A DNA stretch of 62,274 bases, filler included, from Choristocarpus tenellus KU-1152 (GCA_964200185.2; 12 parts of 12 records of this genome joined end to end with filler, not necessarily neighbours in it), one strand, 5' to 3'. Counted from the whole stretch's first letter, positions 25,943 to 38,956 are shown. Translations and numbers: made by a program. Notes: a model not told the origin generated them from the letters alone.

Positions 25943-26341
25943 CTGCTGAACACGACACTCTACATTCTGTTGATCTTCCACTCCTCCCCGGCCAAAATGC
26001 TCCCAAGCATATTTCAATGCTTGAACCAACACACTGAGTGATGCCTCTGTTAAACCCTCCCCATACAAAGTCATGAGTGTAGCGCCCAGAGGGAGCTCAA
26101 GAAGAGCCCCTGCTAGCAAGCCTGGAGTCCCACTCTCAGCCTCTGTTGCTGATGCCTTTTCCAGCTTCCTACGGAGTGTGCCAGCTCTAGCCCTTGACAT
26201 GCCCTTCTTTTTATTTATCCTCTCCGAATCTCTCACTAAATATGAAGTCTCCCATACAACTGGCTCCTGGGTTTGTTGCCTGGTCTGGAAGCGAGCTGGT
26301 ACTGGCTCATTTTCCAACCCAGTTTCTAGCACTGACTGCGA
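25943..26341 (-). CDS. Probable internal exon of an unidentified protein
   Basis: Pyrimidine-rich tract, cctaag| 399-bp open frame (SQSVLETG...VECRVQQ) |gtgagg, phase 0/0; no recognisable domain. Confidence 0.55.
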
Positions 26342-27130
26342 CTTAGGAGAGACATTTTGTGAGGGAGGTGACAATATGGGAAATGTTGTAGAGCATGTAT
26401 GAACAAGGACGGCCGGAAAGGTGATAGAGAGATAGATATGATGGGGGGGTTGGTGGGAAAGTGGGAGGGGTAGAGAAGTAAATCCTGACTGTTGTCATGA
26501 GAACAAAAGCAAGCAGGTTCATGAGGGCATTCCTGGAGGATAAAGTGGGTCTCAGAAGCAAGATCTATTCTTCCATGTTAGAACCGTATGCACTATGTAA
26601 ACGATCATTGGACAAAGAGCACACTAATGCCATTTCACAATACTACTTCAAATGTCTTCAGTCTTTGAAATGTATTACCAAGAACTTTGAAGAAAATGCA
26701 TAGGACCTTTCTTCAGCAGGATGAGATTCTTTCAAGAAGAGGGCGCCTAAAATGAATGTAGTATTTTACCAGTATACAGGCAGATTTTTCTCCCTGTGAG
26801 CCTGCTGCAGTACAATACAGCCCGACCATGTGGTAGTTGGAGAAATTGAGGAAACTGTAGATCAATGAATGTGCTGTACCTATCAATCAGCACACCATCC
26901 CTGCACCCAACGATCAAAAGCATATATAGCAGTTCCTTTGTGTACTATTTGCACAGCCCTTATTGCAACAGGGAGAGTAGAATGTAGATAGAATCCCTGT
27001 TTGCATATACTGATCACCTGCAAAATACCATGAGTTCTGCTGCTAGTCATCTAGTCATACATCTGTTGCAGTTATAGTCCATGAGTCTGAAGATACCAAG
27101 TGATCTTCTTGAGTCTAGGCTTAAGATTAT

Positions 27131-27191
27131 GGCTCAAAGTATCTGGGGGGGGGGGGGTCTACACCAGGGGGTCCCTTTGGGTCATAGCCAG
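27131..27191 (+). mobile_element. MITE family A left end
   Basis: GGCTCAAAGTATCT-G tract-TCTACACCAGGG. Confidence 0.85.
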
Positions 27192-28759
27192 NNNNNNNNN
27201 NNNNNNNNNNNNNNNNNNNNNNNNNNNNNNNNNNNTTAATTAATTAANNNNNNNNNNNNNNNNNNNNNNNNNNNNNNNNNNNNNNNNNNNNGGGGGGGGG
27301 GGATTGCAAGTTGCTGCACATCTTGTAGTAACTTCAATGGAGTGTCAATCGCTTGGAAGAAGTGAAGGAATTGAAAAATGGTTCAATTTCGCTGACAACA
27401 AAAGCCATACATAATAATATACACATACATACATACATACGGATGTATGATATATTTGTCATTGATGTTGCTATCGCCCTCATAATCCCAAGCAATGATG
27501 TATTCACTCCAGTAGAGAGGAGGCGAGAAAACTAAGAGCAACACTAATGGGGTTATTCCATGGTCAAACACAACATTGCGGGTTCCATCCAAGCAGGAAT
27601 ACAGCAAGACGTTATTTTGCTGTGCACTATGTGACTGCAGCATCTTGCTAACAACCATGGGTACTCCTCCGCCCACCCCCCTCCCCCCAGTCAGCCCCAC
27701 CCCCAAAAAATAAACCCCCTTGAAAGCAGCGAGGCACTAACGATCAGTGACCTTCCTAACACGGCGCTAACGGCATGATGCACAAAATGCTTGTGGCGAT
27801 AGCACAAGCAAGAGCAGGAACAGTAAAGCGTCTCGAGGCCAAAACCAACATGCACCCCCTACTTTATCGCCAACAATGCAACAAAAAGGGGCCACCCTTC
27901 AAAACCATCACACCCAATCTTTGAGTAACACCCCTTAGTGCTGCAGCAGTACATCTAGATGCGCAGGGTAAACATACTTTGATGTTGAGTCAGGGTCAAG
28001 TCACATTACTCTTTTTAGATAGTATTTACTCACTGGTTCTGTTGGTTGGACCATCCAACTTTTGTCTTTGACACATGAAAAGCACTACATGGTTCTTACC
28101 TCTGAGTTAGGCAGCGCCTGATCCTGCTTGCTGGTACAGACTTGACCTCTACTTGAATACCTCCTAACAGGCAATCCCCCCACTCCCCATCCGGGTACTG
28201 TTTCCTGCAAAATACTCTGATCCTGACCCTGACCCTGACCCTAATCCAGTACTCCCAAACCTTGAAAAAAAAAAACATACTTGATACTTTTGAGTGACTA
28301 CTCAAATTCTCAATACTCTGGAGTAGTACAACACTATAAGCAAAGGGTACCTAGCGTACTCAACCCACCCAGGGGTTCAGACTCCAACACCCATCACATG
28401 CAAGATATATTGACACACACACAAATACACACACACAAATATACACACACAAAGCAACTCAGGCACAGACCACATCGACCCGTTCCACAACCTGCGCTGA
28501 ACAAAAAATCATAAATCAAAACAAAACCGCACTTTCAAAAATAAATATATATATATATATATATATAGGAACACAAAACGAGGAGCTGCACACAATACAA
28601 GAGTGGAAGAACCGTAGTAGAGAGAGGTCAGTCGTTACAGTACAAAAAAAAACAACGAACAAACTCTTTGCACAACAACAACAACAACAATAATAATAAT
28701 AACAACAATAACAATAATAACAATAACAACAAAATGCAGACAGAATTAAAAACACGTAC

Positions 28760-28862
28760 CTGATCTAGGTCGATGGTGCCGTCGGGGTGATTGGTAAGCG
28801 GACGGCATCCAATGCCACCAAACTGCGCGACGTTCGCTTGCTCCCAGAGATGGGAATGGGAC
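28760..28862 (-). CDS. ltaE: Low-specificity L-threonine aldolase, exon 3
   Basis: aag|(K)SHSHLWEQANVAQFGGIGCRPLTNHPDGTIDLDQ|gtacgt; phase matches exon 2. Confidence 0.9.
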
Positions 28863-29194
28863 CTTGAGGGGGCAGGGAGGGAGGGGCAAACCGTGGACAA
28901 AACAAGCAGGGCACTTGGTGACCTCTGCACAATGTAAACAGTAGAGCATGTTCCCCTCTCTTGGAATTACCTCTCGCCGGGTGATGTACACAGCGGATGA
29001 GTTTGTTGATTGATTGATGAAGGCAACGCAGCGATGCCTGACCGGGGAGTCGGACTAGGAAAAGGTACAATTCGAAGGCGTTCTTGGACCTGGCATAAAA
29101 AATAAAATAAAAAAGAACAATCAAACCCTAATAATCCGTACCGTAGCTACCTGCACAAGTGCAGCTGGACAAAGGGACTTTGTGGCTTTGTGGC

Positions 29195-29238
<44 letters not shown>

Positions 29239-29865
29239 GCGGTTGATTGTGATTGTATTCATTGCGCAAATAAACCACATTTAAAAAATAAAAAGAATTT
29301 TATACGCATATCAAGTTTTATTTATATTTGTACAGATGACAGATTATCATGGCACGATTGAGAAAGTACGGGTTACGGTTTTGGCTCGGAAGCGATACGA
29401 GAAAAGCCTTCGTGGTTTATAGGGGCAGGCCTCAGGCATCCTAATACAAACTATAGGGTGTGAGAATGTTTCATCAAATGTCATTGGCACGAGGATCTGT
29501 TATTTTCTCAATAATTGACACAACCTTTGTGCAGTAGTAACACCACCATGTCAAGAGATCCTTGACCCAGGCAAGCAATCAAGTAGATGGTACAGAGTTT
29601 TAGCAGAGACAGATTCGCATTCTACTTCATAGTGCACACTGATTCCACCTCTATTGCATTTGCTCTATCAATCGCACTAGGCGCCTTGAAGGTATTTGGA
29701 ACACTCAATCATGCGATATTGTTATCAGCAATATAACTGGTGTTACACTTGCCTTGGTGGCACAATCAAATGCACAGTACTGGAGTATTCAGAATCAAAA
29801 CCAATCTGGCGTGAAAAACACATATTTTCTAAGAGATGAAACCTGCTTCCCACCCTGTTCCTCAC

Positions 29866-30044
29866 TTGTCACCAAGGATCATCTCAGAGCCCCTCTGGGA
29901 GCACCAAGTTAGATGGCAGATGAGGTTGGCCATGGTCCCCGATGGCACGAAAAGAGCCGCTTCTTTGCCCAAGATCTCAGCTACTTCACCCTCCAGTTTT
30001 TTTATCGTTGGATCTTCCCCAAGGACATCATCCCCAACCTCCGC
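29866..30044 (-). CDS. ltaE: Low-specificity L-threonine aldolase, exon 2
   Basis: aag|[59 protein letters not shown]|gtgagg; canonical VGDDV.GEDP and FVPSGTMAN motifs. Confidence 0.95.
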
Positions 30045-30738
30045 CTTGCAAAGATTGGACAAAAATCAACATCAACCAAAAGGTAACCGCAAGTGTGGTC
30101 TCTTGATAAGGGAGAAGTTTAATACACTGTGCCAGGAATCATTGACTGAATGAAGAGGAAGGCTGGTCACTTTGTGTACCAAATAGTGCATGGTAGGGAT
30201 CACGTTTATCAAAACAGCGCTCGAGAAGCAATAAAATAATCACATAGGTTCTATGAGGGAATGTGTAGAGTCGAATCTGAACACCTGTACAACTCTCGCC
30301 AGAATTTATAATGCAACAGGTTTAGAGATATTCTCTTCGAAGCAAGGTATCCACTTGGTCTATTGGTTTAGGATCGAAGTGGTTTGAGAAAGATACCATG
30401 GTTTACTTAGAGATCGCATGTCTGAAATCTGGAAAGGGAATCCACGTGGTCAATGTTTCAATGCCAGCAACATATTGCTGCCATGACACCTTCTCCATCA
30501 AAATCTTCACGTGAAATTATCCTTCTCGTCCTTGGATGGTTACTTTCTAGATCAGTAAAGAGGCCAGAGGGTGTGAGGACGTTGTCTACGGGCTTACGTG
30601 CCATGGCTCAATTCGGGGTACATATTATCACCGAGTTCATGTTTGAATTCCTATATTCCTTCGAGTGCAATGATTAGGCAAATCTGAGACATACACAACG
30701 TACTGTGTTAGGTCAGCACGTCCAGGGGGTTAAATTAC

Positions 30739-31017
30739 CTTGTTCATGGCTTTTCTCATTCCTGGCGAGGGTTGAGTGACCGTATCACTCCGCAGGTCAA
30801 CCACAGCACGTCGCATCCACAATGCTCCAAGGTCAGACATTGTGGTCGAAGTGTGGGTTCGTCTCTGTGACAATTTGGGGGGTTCACGAAACCTTGCGGT
30901 CCGACCTGGCCATGATATCGGTACAAACGCTTGTACGGAGGGAACTGTCCATGTCGCGACGACATGAAGAAATGCACAGCTCACAATCGCAACGACCAGG
31001 GTGTGAAAGGTAGTCAT
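30739..31017 (-). CDS. ltaE: Low-specificity L-threonine aldolase, exon 1 with bipartite plastid-targeting presequence
   Basis: MTTFHTLVVAIVSCAFLHVVATWTVPSVQA-FVP (signal peptide plus ASAFAP-like motif), R/S/T-rich transit peptide, then VVDLRSDTVTQPSPGMRKAMNK|gtaatt; an alternative in-frame ATG is at 31053. Confidence 0.92.
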
Positions 31018-31964
31018 CGTAGATGGCGGTGAAAACTTAACCATCCTTTTCATATCTCGTCTACCCACGACTCAAAAGTTACATACTCCGAGAATTAAGT
31101 CACTAAATTGTACCCTCCATTAACGACCGCAAGCTGTAAAGTACTAGGACAAAGTCTTATTCTTCTACCTCCCCTTCAGTACGTCTATAGAAGAGGAGAG
31201 TGGAGTATTTCTGTCCCTCCTAGGTAGACACCATATTGTAGCATTGTAAACATAATAAAATTGCAGAAATCGGATGGGGAATAGACATACATCACTCTTT
31301 ACCTCGATCTTAATCAAGATTTGTGACAACCAACATTGGATTTCATTTTTCTTGATTGAGATAATAATTGTATGTTCTACACATACAATGGTACAATTGT
31401 AGTAGTATAGTACAAGAGCTTGAGAAATTCGAACATCATATTGAACTAATCTATTCAAATCAATCAATCAGAAATAGTATTACTGAAATTGTATTAGAAA
31501 GTACTATAATAGTAGTATTACTACTACCTATCATCATTACACACATAACACCCACCACAAAGAAGTCCACATCAACTTCAATCTTCACCACCCCATTACA
31601 TACATATTCCTTCAAGAACAAAGAACTTCTACTCACCTATTGGTTTACGTTAATCCCTACCTTTGAACTGATATATTAGTATACAAAAGGTATAAAGATG
31701 AAGAATCTACGTCAACATGCCCTATTTCTGTCTCTATTTTGGTTTTTCTTTACTAAACAAAAAGGGTGGATACACTTCTCTGTATTTTTTATTATTATGC
31801 CATCAGACATTTTGGAGATGTGTGAGGAGAAAAACCAATAAACTATTGACATGTCAGAAAAATCTCTTTAAAAGTTTTTGTTGTCGTAGTATATGCAAGA
31901 CATTAATCTATTTTCTATTTTGCTACCAACTCTACTTTACATCATCCGTTACCTACTCCCTCAT

Positions 31965-32290
31965 CTATCTGTCATCCAACAGTTTTCTCAAACATTTTTG
32001 AGGTAATGATGGTTGGCCCCATCCAATACATATGCCGCATGCCATTTTTCTTGTTGTTTGACGCCATATGTGATAAATACCGTCGACCAACGTATAACTT
32101 TGAAATGCCTTTCCTTTTTTGAGATGTACCTCAAGGTCTGTTCCTGCATATGACATCAGAATTTGATTGTTAATGACTTCAATATCGAGTGGTTTGAGTG
32201 GAGCAAGTTGAAACGCAACAATAGAGCAGAGAAAGACTTCAGCAGCTGTTATTGTTAGATCCCAACCAATTGATATTTCAAACCATCGTC
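31965..32290 (-). pseudogene. Probable PIF/Harbinger transposase remnant
   Basis: WLGSNNN (cf. GSNND) at ~32270-32248 and YTLVDGIYHIW (cf. YYLADGIYP.W) at ~32096-32064, in the expected order, with stops and frameshifts. Confidence 0.45.
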
Positions 32291-32710
32291 AGATCCCCTC
32301 CCTTCCCTCCAACCTGTACTCCAGCATCTTTTTATTATTATCATTATTGAAGTGTCGGTTGGTCAAAAATGTGACTCGTTAGTAGGGCCCAGTTCTATGA
32401 TGATGCCTCCAGTTGTAGGATAGAATTTCCTGTTTTGGCCACTCTCAATATCAGTATTACGTATGTATCCCACAAAAATACATCTACCTTTAGTTAGCTC
32501 AATCATCACATTTTGCTAACCTAGGCACGACCCCCCCCAGGCACAGCCCCACCCCGTTCCATTCCTCCTGGGGCTGGTGGAGCACCGTGGCTGTTGGTTG
32601 TTGGAGCTTAACCTCCTCTTTTCCCCCAGGCACAAACCACACACACACCTCATGTTGGTTTTCTCTTAGTAGTGCTGCTTGAGAACTGTGGATGCACAGT
32701 GGCGGATATT

Positions 32711-32780
32711 GACCCAAAGTATCTGGCAGGGGGGGGGGGGGCTACACCAGGGTGTCCATTTGGACCAAAATCAGGAGATG
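32711..32780 (+). mobile_element. MITE family A left end
   Basis: GACCCAAAGTATCTGGCA-G tract-CTACACCAGGGTGTCCATTTGG. Confidence 0.85.
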
Positions 32781-32880
32781 NNNNNNNNNNNNNNNNNNNN
32801 NNNNNNNNNNNNNNNNNNNNNNNNTTAATTAATTAANNNNNNNNNNNNNNNNNNNNNNNNNNNNNNNNNNNNNNNNNNNN

Positions 32881-32903
32881 GGTAAACAGCGGGAGTAACT
32901 ATA

Positions 32904-32938
<35 letters not shown>

Positions 32939-32978
32939 ATAGTGGCTCGGATGAATGGATTAATGAGATTCCCACTGT
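32881..32978 (+). pseudogene. Diverged 28S (LSU) rDNA fragment
   Basis: GGTAAACAGCGGGAGTAACTATAACTCTCTTAAGGTAGCCAAATGCCTCGTCATCTAA...GAGATTCCCACTGT matches the conserved eukaryotic LSU core with about 7 substitutions; unrelated sequence follows. Confidence 0.93.
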
Positions 32979-33249
32979 GAAGGAAGATCGAAGATGTTTA
33001 ACTCTGAGCATATATATCTGCGAGTGTTAAAGTGAGCATGAAACGCTAAGCGTACAATTTAAGGAAGATCTCGCACTATATACTATGACACAGTGTGAGA
33101 AGAGTGGGAAGGTAGCAAAGCAATTTTGTGTTAAATAATACCCTCCTTATGAACGTCATCCACTCTTACTGATCTGTAGAGAATATGGTGGATAGGTTGT
33201 GATATTGTCAAAAGAAATAATATAAATATATGTAAATTTAACTTTCATA

Positions 33250-34250
33250 CGATGGACACTTCCTACTTGATAGTGCAAGAACATAGATGGGAGGTACAAC
33301 TGAAGATATGGTTAAGTGTTTAGCATGTGTACTACATTTTTTTCAAACCCATTCTATGGATATGTCAAGTGTGCAACTGCTCTGAAGTTAGCACTCTCTA
33401 ATCATTATATCTTCAGATGCATTGGGATCTTTCTGAGGAAGTTTCTTTCGACAATAGCCACCCCTTACTTAAGGGGAGAGGGTTACAAGTAGGGTTGGGC
33501 CATCAATCCAACCTACCAAAAACATTGCAATGACTAATAAAGTCAGACTTGATTATAGGCAGGAATCAACAGATATTCTTTTGGTCCATTTATGTGTAGG
33601 AGGAACAATGGACAATGCTTCTCAGTTCTCAAAAATACAAATTGTATGGAAATCGTTACTCCTAACTATCAACGCCACCTGTGGCGTGCCTCTGCAGTAG
33701 GTGCCTTCTTGGGAAAATTTAGTAAACAAGTTGTAAGGCTACTTCTTGAATCTCTTTTCCCTGAAACACACAAATTCTGACATATAGTTCAGTTTTTCTC
33801 GCACTATACCAATATAGTGATAGCATAATAGTGTTCTGATTTCCAATTGACATAACGTAACAAGTACCTATACATGAAAAAAAAATGTTGCATTATATCT
33901 GACTCGTCGTTCAAAAGCTGAATGTACTCTTTTTTATGCACATCATAGACCTATGTACGGGAGAGGTTCTAGTGAATATACCATGTTTGCTCAACCTACT
34001 TTTTTGGTATATATGTCTTGATTTATTGAGAAACAAACATCAACCAATAAGGTTTAGTACTGAGCGCAGTAGGGGAATAAATTTAACCAAATTGGTGGCA
34101 TTTCGATTTTGTAGACAAGTCAGAGATTCATGCAAAGGAGATGTGAGGGGATTGGCAGATGGTATGATGTATTGATGATAGTGTATAGTCAATAGTTAAT
34201 ACCGCCATAGGATTCTTTTTCAGTCTTACATTCCATGGACTCCATTAATT
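33250..34250 (-). mobile_element. Possible very decayed MULE transposase
   Basis: Faint motifs in MULE order (HHTIC; GWIDG..L; DPN; RMGLKK) broken by many stops. Confidence 0.25.
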
Positions 34251-34765
34251 CTCTATTCACTTACCTGGCGTGCAGTGCGAAAACACTCTGTTACTAGAGC
34301 TTTTCGTAAAACTATTGTTTAAAACTTGCTATATATATACCTCTATCCTCTATGGTGTATTCCTACCAAGAAGAGAAAATCCAGCTTTTGAAAAGATTGG
34401 ATGCGAAGCAACCATTGTGCCCATGTGTAGGTAATTGGACCGTTTACCAAATCCAAAATCATATCACAGAGCTGTCACGAAGAATTTGGAACGAGAAAGA
34501 TAACACCCTATTATTGCGACTGTGTCTGTGGATTTTGGTGGACAAACATTTATAGTCAGCGATTAATAAAAAATAGTGTTTCGTCTATTCGTAACAACTA
34601 ACTTAGAACTGTTTACAGCATTCATGGAATAGTTTTTGTTCAAGGAAAATACACACAATTTTGTTCAAGGAAAATACACATCGTCACACCGCTAGCTCCA
34701 CTTCTCTAGCTGACTATTTCCAAATCGGAGATATAAGGAAATATCTCGAAGAGTTGGTGGCCAGT

Positions 34766-34944
34766 GACCCGAAGTATCTATGGGGGGAGGGGTTCTACGC
34801 CAGGGTGTCAATTTGGACCAAAAGCAGGAAAAGTGCACCTACATTTTTATCCATACGACGTAGCAACCAAATCACCCAAACATTGCGAGATGAAAATATT
34901 CACCCCAAATGAACAGCCGCCACCCCCCCCAGATACTTAGAGTC
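34766..34944 (+). mobile_element. MITE family A, full-length
   Basis: GACCCGAAGTATCT ... AGATACTTAGAGTC; TSD agt/agt. Confidence 0.92.
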
Positions 34945-35450
34945 AGTCTGTGAAGATGCCTCCATTTTACACTATTCAGAACACGATTTTAGTGAGTAGG
35001 TGTATCAGTCTTTCTCAGACGGTATCCAACTACGTACTCTAATAGACATGTTTTTTTGGACAACTGTGATAATGTGTTCACTCTCTAATATAGAAGTTGC
35101 CCAAGTAGTGGGGGAATAAACTCGCAATGTAGACATGGCATCAACACGATGCGGCAAGTTGTATACACCTATCACACTGTATCAACTATCGCATGGAATG
35201 TCTCCGTGTTACAGCTCTCTTAGGTTTGTGCTTTGACATACTGCTGGCATCTGTGTGTACCATAGGGTCCATTCTTCATGAGGAACCTGATGGTGACCAC
35301 CTCCCACTATGATTCATTCTGTGGGAGCACTTCATTCTAGGTTTTGCACACATTCTGATGGTTGTTCTGAACAGTGCTAAAGCACTGCTTTTAGGTTGAG
35401 AATCAAACAAATACAACATATGCACTTAGTCTGCACATGCAGGTGGTTCT

Positions 35451-35707
35451 GAGTGAAAGTATCTTGGAGGGTACGAGTTTTGCCCTGTTTGTCCATTTGG
35501 GGCTTGGCTTCCCTCGGGGTGTTTATGGAATTTTCCCACTCCAAAATGTGTCGTAGTAGGTAAAATATATGCTTTATGAAAAAGTGTGTCCAGAACATGG
35601 ATATTGACACTCCCTAACAAACACGATAGCCAAAATTACATTGAAATTGCAACATTGTATTTTGGCCCCAAATGGACGCAGCTCAACCCTCTAAGATAAT
35701 TTGACTC
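35451..35707 (-). mobile_element. MITE family B, full-length
   Basis: GAGTGAAAGTATCTTGGAGGGTA ... CCCTCTAAGATAATTTGACTC. Confidence 0.92.
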
Positions 35708-36449
35708 TATCGTTGCACCAAGTATCTCCATGTGATCCCGCGGGCTTGATGAACGCCCCCTAGATCAAGGAAAGCGAATTGCAACTTTGATCTAGGAACA
35801 AAATGCAAAATTCATGGTAGGACAATGCATCTCAGATGTTGCGACCTAGCAGGCATACATACTCAGCCTGCACCTACACTTTTGTGTATTGTTCTGGACC
35901 TCCTGAGCACCAAAAATGAGCTCTTCGAATTCATCTTAGTTTGAGTCCGTCAGCAACACTTTCTGCTTGCTTCTGAACACCTATCGGTGAAATTCGATGG
36001 TAAACCAAAACCAAATGGATGTAAATTGAGTGAGAAATCAACCTTCACTCTGGTATGGTACACGGAACTAAATAGCGATTCCAAACTTCTCAAGGGTGCC
36101 TTCCAGACACACCCACCAGTTCCTCGCCCGTCCACCTTGCTTCTGTTTTTCATTGGCACAGTCATTTGAATGTCAACACCTTTGGGAGTTATTCATCCCC
36201 CTTGTTTGCAATGGACCTTGCGAACAGGGTCCTCTTCCCCCTACAGTCGCTTCAATGCCGTCATACCTAATCTTCACAAGAGCATCTTCTGGGACAATTT
36301 GTATAATTTGTATTCCTCCGTGCGAAATTTGATTTAGCACTCGCAGAAATACGATGGAGATGAAGCTTCAAGTTGTAAACCAAGTGAGTGCACATGTCAC
36401 ACAATCATACAGAAGGAGTATTTACTTTGTTCAACTTGAGTATATAAAT

Positions 36450-37290
36450 CCTAAGGCCAAATGATAAACATGTGATTCTGTCGAAAAGCATTGCTTGTAC
36501 TTGCGGAGATACCCCTGGGCTTTTTTTAACCCATCAACTGATCTTGGTGGAGGAATCAACTTCCTCACTGATGGTGCCTCCACCGTGAACAAACTTGTTG
36601 GTCTGCCTGCAGCTCTGATCCAAACCCGGGATCTCCAGTGTGCTTGCAGACTTATTCGGAGGTTGAAGACAAGATGTCTCTTCCTTCAAACTCCAACATA
36701 GTCAATACAAAGGATCTTCATGGCTCTTAGACATAATGCCCATATTGTCAGCATAGATCTTACCCCTCAGACCTCGCTTAAACAATGAGATATTTCCTGT
36801 TCCTCCTCTTCTTTTGATCTGGTTGTTTGTTGCAGCTCCCTTGACGACAGCTAGTTCATTGAAGTTGATCGAGTCAGAGTTGAACTGGTTAATGGCTATG
36901 CTTTGTGCTGCAGAGAATGAAACATTGAAGACAACGGGGGCAAAATACCACTCTGCCGAAGACCTTGACCAACCTCGAACCAAACCATACACTCTCCATC
37001 GTCCATTCGGGTGCATGCACACAGTTTGAGCTGTAGTTCGGTATTGGTGTTGTCCCTCCGACCACAGTTCAGGGTGGTCCCCGCATCAAAGCAAAGGTAC
37101 AGATGTTTAAGCAGAATTCATACCTTTCACCAAGGGCAAAGGTCGCAACATGACCCGCAGCAGTTGGGCTTGGCGGTCTCCAGATGGGGGGTGGGATAAA
37201 AGGTATTCTTCAAACAAGCTGTAAATGGCATGCTTTGCGTCAAATTGCTGTGACCTTGTACCTCGAACGTATCCAGCACGTCAGTATCGC
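36450..37290 (-). pseudogene. RTE-like LINE reverse transcriptase fragment
   Basis: FAPVVFNVSFSAA ... GKIYADNMGIMSKS correspond to RT domains 4-5 (SP.LFN; YADD). Confidence 0.75.
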
Positions 37291-37298
37291 TAGGTGCA

Positions 37299-37512
37299 AT
37301 TTGGGGCTTGGCTTCACATGGGTCTTTTTATGACTCTTTCCTACTCCAAAATGTTTCGGAGGAGGAAAAAAGTATACGTTTTGAACATTCGTGTCTGAAA
37401 CATAGATATTGACACTCCTAACAAAAACGATAGCCAAAACTACATCAAAATCGTAACATTGGATTTTGACCCCCAAATGGACGCGGTTCTACCCTCTAAG
37501 ATACTCTGCCTC
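37299..37512 (-). mobile_element. MITE family B, one end truncated
   Basis: TTTGGGGCTTGGCTT ... TACCCTCTAAGATACTCTGCCTC. Confidence 0.85.
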
Positions 37513-38276
37513 TGAAGTTCGTAGGAGAAAAAACATGTCTGTAGCGCTCTGTAGTGCTACATATTTCGCATGGTTCCAATGAGTTCAGAAAGAGGGAAGG
37601 GAGGGGGGGGAAGTGCAAGGGGTAGCAATAATCAATAGAATGGAGAACTCTTCTATGTCGTGACTTGTGTTTTAATGGCTCATTTTATTCTTGTAACCCC
37701 CAATATATCTCCTATTGGACGTTCTTGCTATTCACAACTACAGGACATACCTCATTCCTCATCCAGTCTACTCCTCCGTGGGGCGTGGCACTGCTGTGCA
37801 CTTAGACCTTCCAAAGTGAGTATATTCTTACATGTTGCATGTATCCTTGGAATAGTTGACTCAACAATTCTATTCAATAGATCTAGAGCTGGGCATGAAG
37901 GAAATCACGATATTACTCGTGAGTCAGCAAATATTCTGGACAATTGAATTGGGCAGGCGCCATAGCCACAGGGGTGAGCTTCGAAATTTCTTTCGTACAA
38001 TTTTTTTTTTATCATGAGCAATTTGGGTTCCAGAGGAAAAATGACATGCACAAGGTGAAAGTTGATACCGTATGTCTATAATACTGCCATTTGATGCTAC
38101 AGGCATATGGCTTGTGTAGACTTCCATCATCTGCTATCGCCATTTGGTGTGACCACCCACACTGTTCCTTTGAGGTGGCTTCGTACACCTGAATTACACT
38201 CAATAAGAGAGGAAGAGGCCGTTGGATAGACAGTATCCAATGCCTTCTTCACCTGCCATATTTCTTTAACACACAG

Positions 38277-38448
38277 CATGTATCGTCCTGACACTCTCCG
38301 GCATGTCAGGGGATACAAGTTCAAAGCAGGAGAGTATGCCTACATCAACTGCCCGATGATCAGCCGGACCCAATGGCACCCCTTCTCCCTCATTAAGGCC
38401 TCATCTTCGACGGAGGAGCACCCATCTGCTGTGTTCTTTGCAGAAGCA
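38277..38448 (+). CDS. NADPH oxidase (RBOH-like)/ferric reductase, FAD-binding domain exon
   Basis: acag|..YKFKAGEYAYINCPMISRTQWHPFSLIKA...FAEA|gtgagg; G.Y..INCP.IS..WHPFS is the NOX/FRE FAD-binding signature. Confidence 0.9.
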
Positions 38449-38956
38449 GTGAGGATGTGTTCTAAAGCATCTCAACCTCGAGGGAGGAGAAACGTATGTA
38501 TTTTGCAGTTGACGGATTTTTGGCGAATGACTCTTGTGGTTGCACATAGTAAGTTCGAAATAGAGCTATGTCATCAAGAATCTCAATTTCGGCAACCAAG
38601 CTTCATTTATTTTATGTTGTTGGTTGGAATGATCTTTGTCCGTGCTGTTGTATATCCAATTTGGCATCAACACCTACCAACAACACCGAAGGGGTCAACA
38701 TGGTGGAAGAAGTTCAAAGGATATGTCAGGTTCACTACTTCCTTTCCAGTCCCATCAGCACGTGCCTCATTTTACTCTGNNNNNNNNNNNNNNNNNNNNN
38801 NNNNNNNNNNNNNNNNNNNNNNNTTAATTAATTAANNNNNNNNNNNNNNNNNNNNNNNNNNNNNNNNNNNNNNNNNNNNTTCACCTCACCCTCCCCCCCC
38901 CCCCCCCCCCTTCAATGTCCATGTTCCACCCACGCCATGCGCGCTGGCTTTCAAAG

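Noticed and set aside
28099-28163. Candidate exon 4 of threonine aldolase
   Set aside because: Has an in-frame stop in the required phase and lacks the expected ENTHN motif; the gene probably continues on another contig.
32881-32978. Functional rRNA gene
   Set aside because: Only 98 bp, with substitutions at conserved positions and no downstream rDNA; treated as a pseudogene fragment.
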